In this document: one piece after another, positions 22,080 through 32,630 of the stretch | How positions within the stretch are numbered: position 1 is the stretch's first letter | How the letters are laid out: each line of letters starts with the position of its first letter | DNA from: Schmidtea polychroa | Lineage: Eukaryota | Assembly (NCBI GenBank): GCA_044892525.1 | Contig: CM097886.1 | Location: 43,524,001-43,588,000, forward strand | Reading direction: 5' to 3' | Length of the DNA: 64,000 bases | Notes under the pieces: model-generated | What the model was told of the DNA's origin: nothing | Seen by the model: the letters and a program-made list of their open reading frames with translations, nothing else | The model's database searches: none | Program-made: the position numbers and the translations under genes

Positions 22080-24644
22080 ATGGCAGAGGAAGCTAATGTA
22101 AATGCATTTGCCAGATATCCCGCTCTGCCCGTAAAGGCATTCAGCGGTGATCCGGGAGAATTCTCAGAGTTTATGTCTGAATATTATCAGATGGCCAAAG
22201 CATATGCTTATCCAGATAATATCATGATACAAAGGCTACCTATATATTTGAAGGGGCTGGCAAGAGAAAAATATAATGACATTATGGCATTACCAGTTGC
22301 TCAAGCACCGAAAACATGGGCCGAAATGAGAGAAGCAATGACTGCTCGAATATTGCCCGGAGATGCGGGAAGAATATTTAGACAACAATTTTATCACCGA
22401 AAACAGAATGCCAATGAACATGCGGGGGAATTGGCACACCAGCTATCATTAATTGCTGAAAGAGCATTTGGACCAAAAACCACATGGGCAAAGCCAACAG
22501 AATTGTTAGTTAAGGATCAGCTATGGGCAGGACTTACGCTTACAACGAGGAACGCTCTAATATTACATACTAGTGATGATTTCGACGAATTGACACGGAA
22601 AGCTGTCGTAATTGAAAGCAGCTTGAAAAAGTCAACCATGTTCCTTGTAAACAGTGAGAGAACACCAGTAGAGTGTTTCAATTGCCATAGAAAAGGGCAT
22701 ATAGCGAAAGATTGTACCAGCAGGAAAATTATGGACAATCGCAAAAGTATACAATGTACCAAATGTGGACGGAATAACCACGGTGCGGAAAATTGTAGAG
22801 TGCAGAATTTGCAATGTGAAAAATGCAAACGAAAGGGACACGTTGCTGCAGTCTGTAAGACTAGAAGCTCTCAGAACAGCAATAATTTTGGTACGGTTAA
22901 AAGAGATGATGTAAATTCATCAGGAAAGATAAAATGTCACGGATGTGGGAAATTCGGACATATGATGAGGTCATGTCCTCAGAACCAGAGTGGAAACACG
23001 AGTCAGTTCAATAAAAATACCGATAAGGGTAATGTGAACAAGCCTAAGACAACTTTTATGGTTAACCAGGATCAAGGATTAACTTATCTGCAACAACTGG
23101 AAATGGAAATCCAGGAGGAAAAGAATAGGTTGGCTAGATTGACCGACCAAGAAGGCACCATCTTCATGGTAGAAGTTGGAAGAGATGAATTTCTCAGAAA
23201 AAAGGACTCCGTTAGAGAGGACCTTCAGGAAACGGAATCAGAGGAGAGTTCCGATGATGAACCTAGTATGGCCACCATACTAAGCGAGTTCGATGTAACC
23301 TTGCCAGGGAAAGCAAAGGTAAAAGAAGGGTCAGATACCCTAACAAAATGTTTAAAACTGGTGGATACCAGATATGAGTATCAGCAGAAGCTGGCCAGAC
23401 AATTGAAAAAATTGGGAGAAACAGAGATTAAAATTCACGAAATCGATACAGTAGTAAAACTGATATCGCAGGTCGAAGATGATCCCAAGTATAATAATGA
23501 CACGTACAAAATCCTAAGGAAATTAGGAAAACTCATGGAACATGAGTGGGATCTCCAAGATGCCCAGCTCAATATAAAACTCCCACAGGATAAAGAGTAT
23601 AATCTCGATATAAATGTAAGAAGTCGAGCCGATAAATTAACGGAAACATTGACAAGTATTAAGCATCAAGAATATGACTTATACTTATGTGGAACAAAAC
23701 TAGAAGCAAATCAAACACTTCTACAGAACGGGATACTCCCAGGTAGAGTGACGAAGCTCACAGCAAAGAGAGCACAGAAGCCAGTGGCAGTAATGGATCA
23801 AGATAGTGTATTCTTGATTACTCAGATGGAAATAGAGAGATTGGAGGAAACTCAACAATTAATCCAGCGACTAAGGTTGGAATTGCAGAAATCTCCACGA
23901 GATGGAGAAACTATAAAGGAAATACTTGACTGGATGTTAGTATTACGAATACCAGCAGATTTGTTGGAAGCAATAATTCCACTTATACTACCAGTGGTAA
24001 AGGAAACAAGCCCATTCCAGACGCAAATCGAGGCACTGATGAGGAAAAATGTGAAAGCTATTCGAAGTCAGCCTGATAGACAAGGCAACATTAATCTAGA
24101 CGTGCGAATGATGGGAAAAGAACCATTAACAATGATTTATAATTGTTATATCAAGGTTAAAATATTGAGGAGAGATGTGATTGCCACCGATCAAACTACA
24201 GGTATATTCCTGATAATGATCCACGGTAGGCAAGTGGATGATGATGAATATCTAGTGGATGTGGGTTGTCTACCGTTGGCGATAACCACGGTAATGATCA
24301 TCCCAGTAACTCCACCCGAGTCCCAGTGGTCATTAATGAGACTGCCAGATATAGCAAACGAAATTGCGGAAGAGATCGATGAAATAAGACTAGAGGAAAT
24401 TAATCCCTGTCAAATGGTGGACATTGACGAGGAAGATTACTTCTCAGAGTACGTCAGATTAAATCCAGGAGAAACAAACGTAGGAGCTACTACGTCACAA
24501 GCTATAACAAATCCGGAGACTGAAAAACCCCCGGAGAAAGTGAAGAAAGATGGACTAGGACGTCCTAGAAAGGATCAAATGAAACCTCCACCCAAGGAGC
24601 AGTTAAATCCAGAAACTATTCGGAAAATTCAGCTAAAACATTAG
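22080..24644 (+). CDS. gag: Element B Gag, 854 aa, with four CCHC zinc knuckles and a C-terminal extension
   Basis: Retrotransposon capsid-like N-terminus (FSGDPGEFSEF...LPIYLKGLAREKY, F..RKQ..NE) and knuckles CFNCHRKGHIAKDC, CTKCGRNNHGAENC, CEKCKRKGHVAAVC and CHGCGKFGHMMRSC. Confidence 0.93.
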   Translation: MAEEANVNAFARYPALPVKAFSGDPGEFSEFMSEYYQMAKAYAYPDNIMIQRLPIYLKGLAREKYNDIMALPVAQAPKTWAEMREAMTARILPGDAGRIFRQQFYHRKQNANEHAGELAHQLSLIAERAFGPKTTWAKPTELLVKDQLWAGLTLTTRNALILHTSDDFDELTRKAVVIESSLKKSTMFLVNSERTPVECFNCHRKGHIAKDCTSRKIMDNRKSIQCTKCGRNNHGAENCRVQNLQCEKCKRKGHVAAVCKTRSSQNSNNFGTVKRDDVNSSGKIKCHGCGKFGHMMRSCPQNQSGNTSQFNKNTDKGNVNKPKTTFMVNQDQGLTYLQQLEMEIQEEKNRLARLTDQEGTIFMVEVGRDEFLRKKDSVREDLQETESEESSDDEPSMATILSEFDVTLPGKAKVKEGSDTLTKCLKLVDTRYEYQQKLARQLKKLGETEIKIHEIDTVVKLISQVEDDPKYNNDTYKILRKLGKLMEHEWDLQDAQLNIKLPQDKEYNLDINVRSRADKLTETLTSIKHQEYDLYLCGTKLEANQTLLQNGILPGRVTKLTAKRAQKPVAVMDQDSVFLITQMEIERLEETQQLIQRLRLELQKSPRDGETIKEILDWMLVLRIPADLLEAIIPLILPVVKETSPFQTQIEALMRKNVKAIRSQPDRQGNINLDVRMMGKEPLTMIYNCYIKVKILRRDVIATDQTTGIFLIMIHGRQVDDDEYLVDVGCLPLAITTVMIIPVTPPESQWSLMRLPDIANEIAEEIDEIRLEEINPCQMVDIDEEDYFSEYVRLNPGETNVGATTSQAITNPETEKPPEKVKKDGLGRPRKDQMKPPPKEQLNPETIRKIQLKH

Positions 24645-24898
24645 CCAGGATAGCCCAAGAAATGGACGACCAGGCGGGAGATGAGACAACGCCAGAAGTC
24701 GTTATTGTGGCAACGTATACAACAAATGATCGGGATTATCAGGCCCGAATGGAGAATTCCAAAAATCAAGGGTATCGAAGTAAAGAAAATGACGAAAGAG
24801 GTCAAGAAGACAATGGATAGAGTATCCAAAGATGTATCAACAGGAGATATTCAGGATGCCATAGAAGCATTCGTACAGCAAGGATTAACAAGAGGAAA

Positions 24899-27800
24899 GT
24901 GGTAACATCGCTATCATTGTTAATTCAAAATGCCTTAACCCGAGTAGGGGACGATAAAAGGCTTATAGAACGAGAAATCGATCAAATAGTCGAAATGGTA
25001 GATTATTACCTGGAGGTATGGATGACCGTAAACAAATTTTGGGAAAAGGAAATGATCCCAAAACCACGATACGAAGTCGTGGAAGAAGCCATAGATAATG
25101 GTAGTTCAGGCACAGGAAACATGACAAGCATGATCCTGATGTTCCTAGTAATGATGGGCATATTAAAACAAACAAATTCATTAACAGTATTTGACTGTGG
25201 AAATCCTAAACTATCTCGGATATATTCGCTAGTAGATGCAATTGAGTGCAAAGAGGCGTATCCAGAGAAGGTTCATCAAGGGGAAAAGGTAGAATATTAC
25301 GTCTACCAAGAGAGTGAATTTTATAGAACTACGATAAAGGAATGTAGAATTCAGAGAGCTACATTTGAATATTATTGCGGTAGTAATAGCTATTCTGCTT
25401 TTCTATCTGCAACATTAATACCAAGGCCGGTAAACATAATGCCCGAAGATTGCTTAGATGCATTTCGAAAAGGAAGTGTGAGGATAGACAACGAGGTATC
25501 AATCTCAGCAGAAATTGGGAAAACATTGGGAATAACAATCACTCGCGGAGGAACAATTGCCTCAGATGGAACCTGCGAAGGTAGAAAGAAAATTCGCGGT
25601 AGCAATTTAGTTTCCTATGTGGTAAACATAGAAGATTACTCAGTGGAATTACGAGAATACGAGGGAACATTCGATGTGGCCACAGGAAAATTGATGGCAC
25701 ATCCGCAATGCAACGCCAAGTTCGGTAGTTATAAAACGGGAACCACTACATTAATTTACGAACAAATGAGAGATCATTGTGAGTTGGCTTTCCTCAAGAA
25801 AATTCCTTTTAGAAAATTAAATGGAACTAAATATCGGGACTCCCAGAATCCAGAAAAGGTTTGGGATAAAGCAAAAACGTTGAAGAAAATCAACAAACAA
25901 GAGAAGGAAGATATCGGAGAGGAAAACACACCTCTAGTGTTGATATCGGAAGACAAGACGGAAGCAATTCGATTTGTCCGAAAAGATAAAAAGACTAAAT
26001 GTGGAAAAAGAGTATACGAGACGAACTACAAAGGAATCTTCCTGTCAAGAGAATATATTCGAAATTCCAAGGTCTTACACGTAAAGGATATCAAAATCAC
26101 GAATTATATAAATAATAAAGTAGATTATTTATATCACGACCTGCAAGGACAAATGCAGGATCTGTATCAAGAGGTGATACTAAACGATTGCAAGCTAAAT
26201 AGTGAAATAGTCCGAAATAGATTAGCAATATCTATCGTTAACCCAGAGTTGGTTACTCCAATGTTATTGGAAGACAGAATGTTTGGCAGAATCATGGGAG
26301 AAGCTATATATAGCTATGAGTGTAAACCAGTGGAAGTACAATTAGCCAGATTTAATCAATGCACTCTAGAACTGCCAGTGTCTTACCAAGGAAAATTGAG
26401 ATTTGTTATGCCAGTAACCAGAAAGTTACTTGAGGAAAACGCTAAACCTCAACCAGCTATATGCAACCCGGCAATATCACCATTATACAAAATAAATGAC
26501 ATGTGGATATCTCTGCCGGAAAGAAAACCATCTACACAACGGGTAGAGACCTTGGAGGTAACTAAATTAAAGGATAATCTGGAATTCAAGTCATTAGACG
26601 AATTAGCAAAAGGAGGGATTTATACTCCCGACAATATCGAGGAAGCAAGAAGGACATTGCTATTCCCACAAATCAGAGATAGAGGTATCACGGAAATTAT
26701 AAGAACAATTTATCATGATAGCTTAATACGACCAGATTACAATCTATTATTTGGACCGGAACACTATAAAGAAGCAGCAAAGAACGTAATGATGAAAATA
26801 TGGGGACGATTTACCAATTTTGGTATTTTCGTCGCTGGATGTTCAGGAATATACGCAATATTTGTAATTCTAAAGCTGATAATTACACAACTGATGTCAA
26901 CATATAGCATATTCAAAATTGGGGGATGGTCAAGGAAACTGCTATTAGGACTATGTCCTATGTGTGCAGAGTTTGCATTATTCAAACATCACAGAAAAGA
27001 AATTAAAGAAATTAGACAGAAACATTTGGTCAAACATGAAGTAATTGGAACAGAAATGGAGGAGTATTCGAGTTATCGGGACGATAACAATTCAAAGGGA
27101 GGAGGTAAGGGAGGCTCTCGTGAAACATCTTCAAGATCAAATCAATCACGAAAACAGAACTACAACAAAAAACCGACCCAGCAACAAAGAAAATCGAGAT
27201 TTAAGGAATATCTTCCTCCATATGACCAATCAAAGGAAATCTACGTGAGAAAACAGTCCTCAGAAGGAGAATATGACAGTTCCGACCAGAAATTCGACAT
27301 AAGGTCACCCAGATTCAAGAGAAGTCCAAGATATGTACAATTGCCAACTTTGAGGAGTTTACCATCCGCACCAAACGATGGGCGGGAACATTCAAGGGAA
27401 ACAACACTCAGAACAGGACGACACCAATGGAAAATCGGTGAAGATACCATATTTAATAATCTGACATGTTCAACATTGCCAGAATTACCTAAAGTGCACT
27501 ATCCAAATGAAGCGTTAGAGTCAATTAAAGCTAAATTTAAAGAGCATAATCCTCAACTGAGTGATCCTGAATTACTGGAAGCAGAACAAACGAGAGCCAA
27601 TACAATCGGTATCTCGCACGATACTATCTTGATGGTCAATAACCCAGTGAACTTGGATAAAAAGCCAATGATAAAAATAAGAGTGAACCGACATAAAGTT
27701 AATGCGGTGATAGACTCAGGAGCAGATGGTACCATAATTGAAGCTAAATTGTTAAACCATCATGAACTGCAGTCGCTAAAACCGGTAGGAGTAAAATTAA

Positions 27801-28465
27801 CAGGAGCAAACGGATCCTCATTAAACGTAATAGGGTCATTATCATGTCAGATTAAGCTATGTGACCAAGAGCTCCATCACGACATCATAGTGATGAGAAG
27901 TCTCCCAGCCGAATGTCTATTGGGTATGGACATCCTAAAAAGACTACGAGGAGTAATATTCGATTGTGCATCTGGATTGTTAATCCGAGCACGAGGTAAA
28001 AAGAGAAAAATTTACAACGATGATACAGCTTATATAGATCATACAACTATCATATCACCCAGAGCAGAAACGGTATGCTTTGTAGCTACAAGCAATAATT
28101 GGGAAGGTGAAGTTGTATTCGAACCAGACGAAAAATGTTCGGAGAAATACAACATACCAGTTACTCATAGCGTAGGTTTAATAGTCAATGGCAGAATACC
28201 AATCAGGGTAGCCAATCTGGACATTAAACCACTTTACTTATATCCAGATACCAGAGTGGGCAGAATCTGGAAACAAAACGAGCCACAAGCCACGGGAGAA
28301 GGGTCGATACTCACCGTAAAGGCAGAAGAAAGAGATCCAGATATTGAGTACTACGATGCACCTACAGCAAATAGCAAAGTGCTAACCAGAAAGGAAAACA
28401 TTCAAGTAAATATGCTATTGAGGAAATACGACCAGGTATTCGCCAAACATACCAGTTACTCATAG
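24899..28465 (+). CDS. env: Element B glycoprotein-protease fusion ORF (1188 aa): chuvirus/gB-like envelope followed by aspartic protease
   Basis: Internal signal peptide at 25121 (MTSMILMFLVMMGILKQTNS), Cys-rich ectodomain, TM at ~26810-26900, then in the same frame VIDSGADG (Asp at 27713). The ORF is cut off by a tandem duplication. Confidence 0.85.
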   Translation: MVTSLSLLIQNALTRVGDDKRLIEREIDQIVEMVDYYLEVWMTVNKFWEKEMIPKPRYEVVEEAIDNGSSGTGNMTSMILMFLVMMGILKQTNSLTVFDCGNPKLSRIYSLVDAIECKEAYPEKVHQGEKVEYYVYQESEFYRTTIKECRIQRATFEYYCGSNSYSAFLSATLIPRPVNIMPEDCLDAFRKGSVRIDNEVSISAEIGKTLGITITRGGTIASDGTCEGRKKIRGSNLVSYVVNIEDYSVELREYEGTFDVATGKLMAHPQCNAKFGSYKTGTTTLIYEQMRDHCELAFLKKIPFRKLNGTKYRDSQNPEKVWDKAKTLKKINKQEKEDIGEENTPLVLISEDKTEAIRFVRKDKKTKCGKRVYETNYKGIFLSREYIRNSKVLHVKDIKITNYINNKVDYLYHDLQGQMQDLYQEVILNDCKLNSEIVRNRLAISIVNPELVTPMLLEDRMFGRIMGEAIYSYECKPVEVQLARFNQCTLELPVSYQGKLRFVMPVTRKLLEENAKPQPAICNPAISPLYKINDMWISLPERKPSTQRVETLEVTKLKDNLEFKSLDELAKGGIYTPDNIEEARRTLLFPQIRDRGITEIIRTIYHDSLIRPDYNLLFGPEHYKEAAKNVMMKIWGRFTNFGIFVAGCSGIYAIFVILKLIITQLMSTYSIFKIGGWSRKLLLGLCPMCAEFALFKHHRKEIKEIRQKHLVKHEVIGTEMEEYSSYRDDNNSKGGGKGGSRETSSRSNQSRKQNYNKKPTQQQRKSRFKEYLPPYDQSKEIYVRKQSSEGEYDSSDQKFDIRSPRFKRSPRYVQLPTLRSLPSAPNDGREHSRETTLRTGRHQWKIGEDTIFNNLTCSTLPELPKVHYPNEALESIKAKFKEHNPQLSDPELLEAEQTRANTIGISHDTILMVNNPVNLDKKPMIKIRVNRHKVNAVIDSGADGTIIEAKLLNHHELQSLKPVGVKLTGANGSSLNVIGSLSCQIKLCDQELHHDIIVMRSLPAECLLGMDILKRLRGVIFDCASGLLIRARGKKRKIYNDDTAYIDHTTIISPRAETVCFVATSNNWEGEVVFEPDEKCSEKYNIPVTHSVGLIVNGRIPIRVANLDIKPLYLYPDTRVGRIWKQNEPQATGEGSILTVKAEERDPDIEYYDAPTANSKVLTRKENIQVNMLLRKYDQVFAKHTSYS

Positions 28466-28745
28466 CGTAGGTTTAATAGTCAATGGCAGAATACCAATCA
28501 GGGTAGCCAATCTGGACATTAAACCACTTTACTTATATCCAGATACCAGAGTGGGCAGAATCTGGAAACAAAACGAGCCACAAGCCACGGGAGAAGGGTC
28601 GATACTCACCGTAAAGGCAGAAGAAAGAGATCCAGATATTGAGTACTACGATGCACCTACAGCAAATAGCAAAGTGCTAACCAGAAAGGAAAACATTCAA
28701 GTAAATATGCTATTGAGGAAATACGACCAGGTATTCGCCAAACAT
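28151..28745 (+). repeat. 295-bp tandem duplication in pol
   Basis: 28151-28445 is repeated at 28446-28740, with AACAT microhomology at the junctions. The length is not a multiple of 3, so it shifts the frame. Confidence 0.93.
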
Positions 28746-30191
28746 GAATACGATCTGGGAAAAACAAACCTGTTAGAACATGAGATTGTCCTCACCAATA
28801 CAAAACCTATAAAGTTGAGACCATACCGTATTCCATTCAGTCTGGAGGAATCAGTAGATAAACAGGTGAAATTGATGTTAAAACATGGCATAATCAGGCA
28901 TAGTAAATCACCATATCAATCACCAATGATAACTGGTGGCCAAGAAGGATGGATCAGTACGATTATGTAACGACTATCGCATGGTTAACGAAGCAACATG
29001 CAAAGATAGCCATCCATTGCCAATGTTAGATTATATCTGTGGGCGCATGAGAAACGCTAGGTTCTTCTAAGTAATGGACGCCCAAAAGGGATTTTATCAA
29101 ATTAAGTTAAAAGATGAGACTATACCAATAACAGCGTTCTCTACGAGTATGGGTCATTACGAATATAACGTAATGCCATTTGGACTCACAGGAGCTCCAG
29201 CCACTTTTCAAAGAGCAATGAATTTGATGCTCATGGATGTACATCATGCGATGGTATACATTGACGACGTCATAGTATTCTCGCCAAATTTGGAAAAGCA
29301 CTTGGAACATTTAGAAGATGTATTCAAGAGGTTGATCAACGCAAACATGAAAGTGAAACCAACCAAATGTAAATGGGCTGAACCAGAAGTGGTATATGTT
29401 GGCCATATCATATCACGAGACGGGGTTAAACCCGATCCAGCTAATGTTGAAAAGGTAAAGAATTTCCCGGAGCCTAAAACCGTTAAACATATCAAAGGGT
29501 TTTTAGGCCTAGTCGGATACTATAGAAAGTTCATTAGAAACTTCTCGGTTATAGCTTTTCCACTCACGCAGTTAGAAGGCAAAAACGTCAAATTTGTGTG
29601 GGGAACAGAACAGCAGGAAGCATTTGATATGCTCAAGGAAAAGCTCGTCAAGCCACCTATATTGCGATTTCCAGACTTTGAGAGACAATTTTTGGTTATG
29701 ACAGATGCCAGCACTCGGGGCATAGGTGCTGTGCTAGGTCAAAGAGATGACCTAGGAGATGAGTATGCAATTGCATACGCTAGCAGAGGATTAAAACCAC
29801 ACGAGAGAAACTACGCAGTGATAGAACTAGAGGCTTTAGCAATTGTGTATGCTATAACCCAGTTTAGGACTTATCTATGGGGTCGGAAGATCATAGTGTA
29901 CACCGATCATAGACCATTACAGTGGCTGACAAAACACACAATGGATACCTCAAAACTAGTCAGATGGGCATTAATCTTACAGCCATATGACATAGAAATC
30001 CATTAGAGAAAAGGAGATCATAATGGTAATGCAGATGCTTTATCAAGAATGGACCAGGAGGAGGAAGCAGAAGATGTGAAGGAAGGACGTCTCGAAGGGA
30101 CTATCTTCACATTGACCCGAGAAGCCAACCGGCTAGCTGATTTAATGGAGGCACAAAAATCTGACGAAGAAATCAATATTATCCGTCAACC
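28551..30191 (+). pseudogene. pol: Element B RT-RNase H, disrupted
   Basis: RPYRIP, SPY.SPMI(LV.KKDGS.RLC.DYR), MPFGL, YIDD, MTDAS..GIGAVL, YTDHRPL. Lesions: extra A at ~28931, TAA at 29068, TAG at 30004, 1-nt deletion at ~30190. Confidence 0.93.
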
Positions 30192-32432
30192 TTGGAAGTG
30201 AATTACGTGCCCACAGAATTCACAAAATACTGGGAAAAGAATAAAGACAAATTTGTGCTGGAAGAGGGATTAGTTAAATATTCAGATGTAAGAGATAATG
30301 TTATAATGGTTCCTAAGAAATACCGTGAAGCACTCATGTTGCAGTATCACGATGGAGCCTTAGAAGGCCACCTGTCATCTAGAAAAACATTGTCGAGGCT
30401 AAAACAGAAATATTTTTGGCCAGGTATGAAACAAGACGTTAAAACCTGGTGTCAGACGTGTAAGATCTGTATCACCAGAAGAAATACCAGAAAGAAACCA
30501 CACGTACCAATGAAGCCGATGCCAGTACCATCTACACCTATGGAAATGACGGCAATGGACGTGTTGGGGCCATTCAAAGAATTTAATAGCGGAAACAAGT
30601 ATATATTAGTGTTCTGCGACTATTTGACTAAGTGGCCAGAAGCCTACCCGATGCCTAATCACAAAGCTGATACGATAGCTAGAATTTTCATTGAACAAAT
30701 TGTCTTTAGGTATGGAGTACCTACAAAGTTATTAACGGATCGGGGAGCAGATTTCATGAGTAATTTGCTCAAAGGAATAAATGACTATTTCGGAGTTTTA
30801 AAGTTGAATACTTCCCCATATCACCCACAGACGGATGGGCTAGTAGAACGATTTAATGGAACATTAGCTAATATGTTAGCATCATATGTAAATTCAGGGC
30901 AAACGGACTGGGACATCCACATTCCATCCTGTTTATTTGCATACAGAAATGCAGTGCACGAAGGAACAGGTGAAACACCATTTTACCTAATGTATCTGAG
31001 GCAAAGTAAAATGCCAGTAGACCTGTTGTTTTTCCCTAAAGCAACACAGTATTTAGATCAGGAAAATTATTTGATGGAAATGAGGGAAAGAATGCAGGAA
31101 GCATGGGCTAGAGCAGGCCTCAGTATAAAATATAATCAGGAGGTATCCAAAGATTATCATGACCGAAAAGCCAAGGATCATGGCATAATGGTTGGAGACC
31201 AGGTGATGTTGGAAAGTCATTATAACAAGAAAGGCTTATCACCAAAACTCATGCGAAATTTCAAAGGGCCATATGAGGTATTGAGAACCACAGATACAAA
31301 TCTCATATTACAACTTGTAGCCAACAGAAAAGCAGAACCAATAATGGTGCATGCTAATCGGTGTAAAAAGTGCGAAATCTCAACAAAAGGAACCTCTGGA
31401 AATTCAAAAGTAAAAGCACCAGAGAAACAAGTGAAACCAAACACTACCGAAGAACCACAAGAACACCGATACCCATTGAAATCACGGGGTGTTCCAAAAT
31501 CGGTAACCTTTTTGTTGATAATAAGCTGTATGATGACTTTTGCGATGGCAAAAAGGGATAAAAAGGCATATTTTCAGCCTATGGCTATGCAAGTGGAACA
31601 CTTACATTTCATAAGAACGTATCACGGAATAAGCATACTCACAACGTGCGATAATGCTACAAAATTCAATTTACATTTCTACAACAAGTACTTGCGGATC
31701 CGCCAACTCAATTCAGAAGAAAAAGAGTGGGAATTATATGATTTAAAAGCTGAGACGGATTATAAACTGCATATCGCAGCATCAAGGTTATATCAGAGTG
31801 GTTGGTATACCTATCACGTATCAAATTGGATCCTACGGACGGCGGATTTCACAAATCGCATATCGATATCCTACGAAAGGGATAATGTAAAGTTTAGTCA
31901 GCAAATTAGCAGGGAGGAAAAGGTGAAAGTCTGTATTCTAGACGGACCAACCACGAGAGAAATATTATGGTTAGACCAGAACTCTCCCTCCCAAGAAATG
32001 TATCTAAATCAGTCCGTAGAATATTCGGTTCTAGTTATATATTATAGTCCGAGGAAACGGCAGGACGATAAGTGGTTCGAGGTATTCGAGAAAATATTAC
32101 CTCTGAAACAGCCAGTTATATCGAAAATACCACCAAAAGTAGTCAGGGAGAACATGGTGATACATCCCGCGATGTGGCAACATCTTAGACAATTGCCACC
32201 TATCAAACAAATATCTTGCCAAACTACCCCAAACCTGACAAACTGTTGTGATTGTAATGCCATCACAAACTTTAATGCAGGATATATTCTGAAAATACCC
32301 ATAGGGGTATGGATTACGGTATCGGCCGTACTATCGCTAATAATTACACTGATAGCTATGGGTATTTGGACCAAGCTATATTTCAGACAAGCCATAAGGG
32401 CTTACGATGGAGTACTGATGTCGCAATTATGA
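30192..32432 (+). CDS. pol: Element B integrase fused to a C-terminal type I membrane protein module
   Basis: H..GH...C..C zinc finger, MDVLGP, LTDRGADF, GLVERFN and GPY motifs; then a signal-like VTFLLIISCMMTFAMA (31503), an ectodomain and a TM (IPIGVWITVSAVLSLIITLIAMGIW). Confidence 0.88.
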   Translation: MEVNYVPTEFTKYWEKNKDKFVLEEGLVKYSDVRDNVIMVPKKYREALMLQYHDGALEGHLSSRKTLSRLKQKYFWPGMKQDVKTWCQTCKICITRRNTRKKPHVPMKPMPVPSTPMEMTAMDVLGPFKEFNSGNKYILVFCDYLTKWPEAYPMPNHKADTIARIFIEQIVFRYGVPTKLLTDRGADFMSNLLKGINDYFGVLKLNTSPYHPQTDGLVERFNGTLANMLASYVNSGQTDWDIHIPSCLFAYRNAVHEGTGETPFYLMYLRQSKMPVDLLFFPKATQYLDQENYLMEMRERMQEAWARAGLSIKYNQEVSKDYHDRKAKDHGIMVGDQVMLESHYNKKGLSPKLMRNFKGPYEVLRTTDTNLILQLVANRKAEPIMVHANRCKKCEISTKGTSGNSKVKAPEKQVKPNTTEEPQEHRYPLKSRGVPKSVTFLLIISCMMTFAMAKRDKKAYFQPMAMQVEHLHFIRTYHGISILTTCDNATKFNLHFYNKYLRIRQLNSEEKEWELYDLKAETDYKLHIAASRLYQSGWYTYHVSNWILRTADFTNRISISYERDNVKFSQQISREEKVKVCILDGPTTREILWLDQNSPSQEMYLNQSVEYSVLVIYYSPRKRQDDKWFEVFEKILPLKQPVISKIPPKVVRENMVIHPAMWQHLRQLPPIKQISCQTTPNLTNCCDCNAITNFNAGYILKIPIGVWITVSAVLSLIITLIAMGIWTKLYFRQAIRAYDGVLMSQL

Positions 32433-32630
32433 CAATTACAGACTCCCCCGAGGGAAAAATCATATATAAATATTTATATATATCTTAAAATCTATATTTA
32501 CGTAGAGCTCCAGGTAGCATTAAAATTCAGCATATGTAGATCTTTTATGATAAGACTCATGCATATCTTTTTAGCCTATTATGGCATATCAGTTTATCTG
32601 ATATTATGGTTAATGATTTTTATTTCAGGA

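Noticed and set aside
32547-32630. Signal peptide or TM at the start of the 287-aa ORF
   Set aside because: Coincides with a T-rich tract ending in a strong splice acceptor; more likely translated intron.
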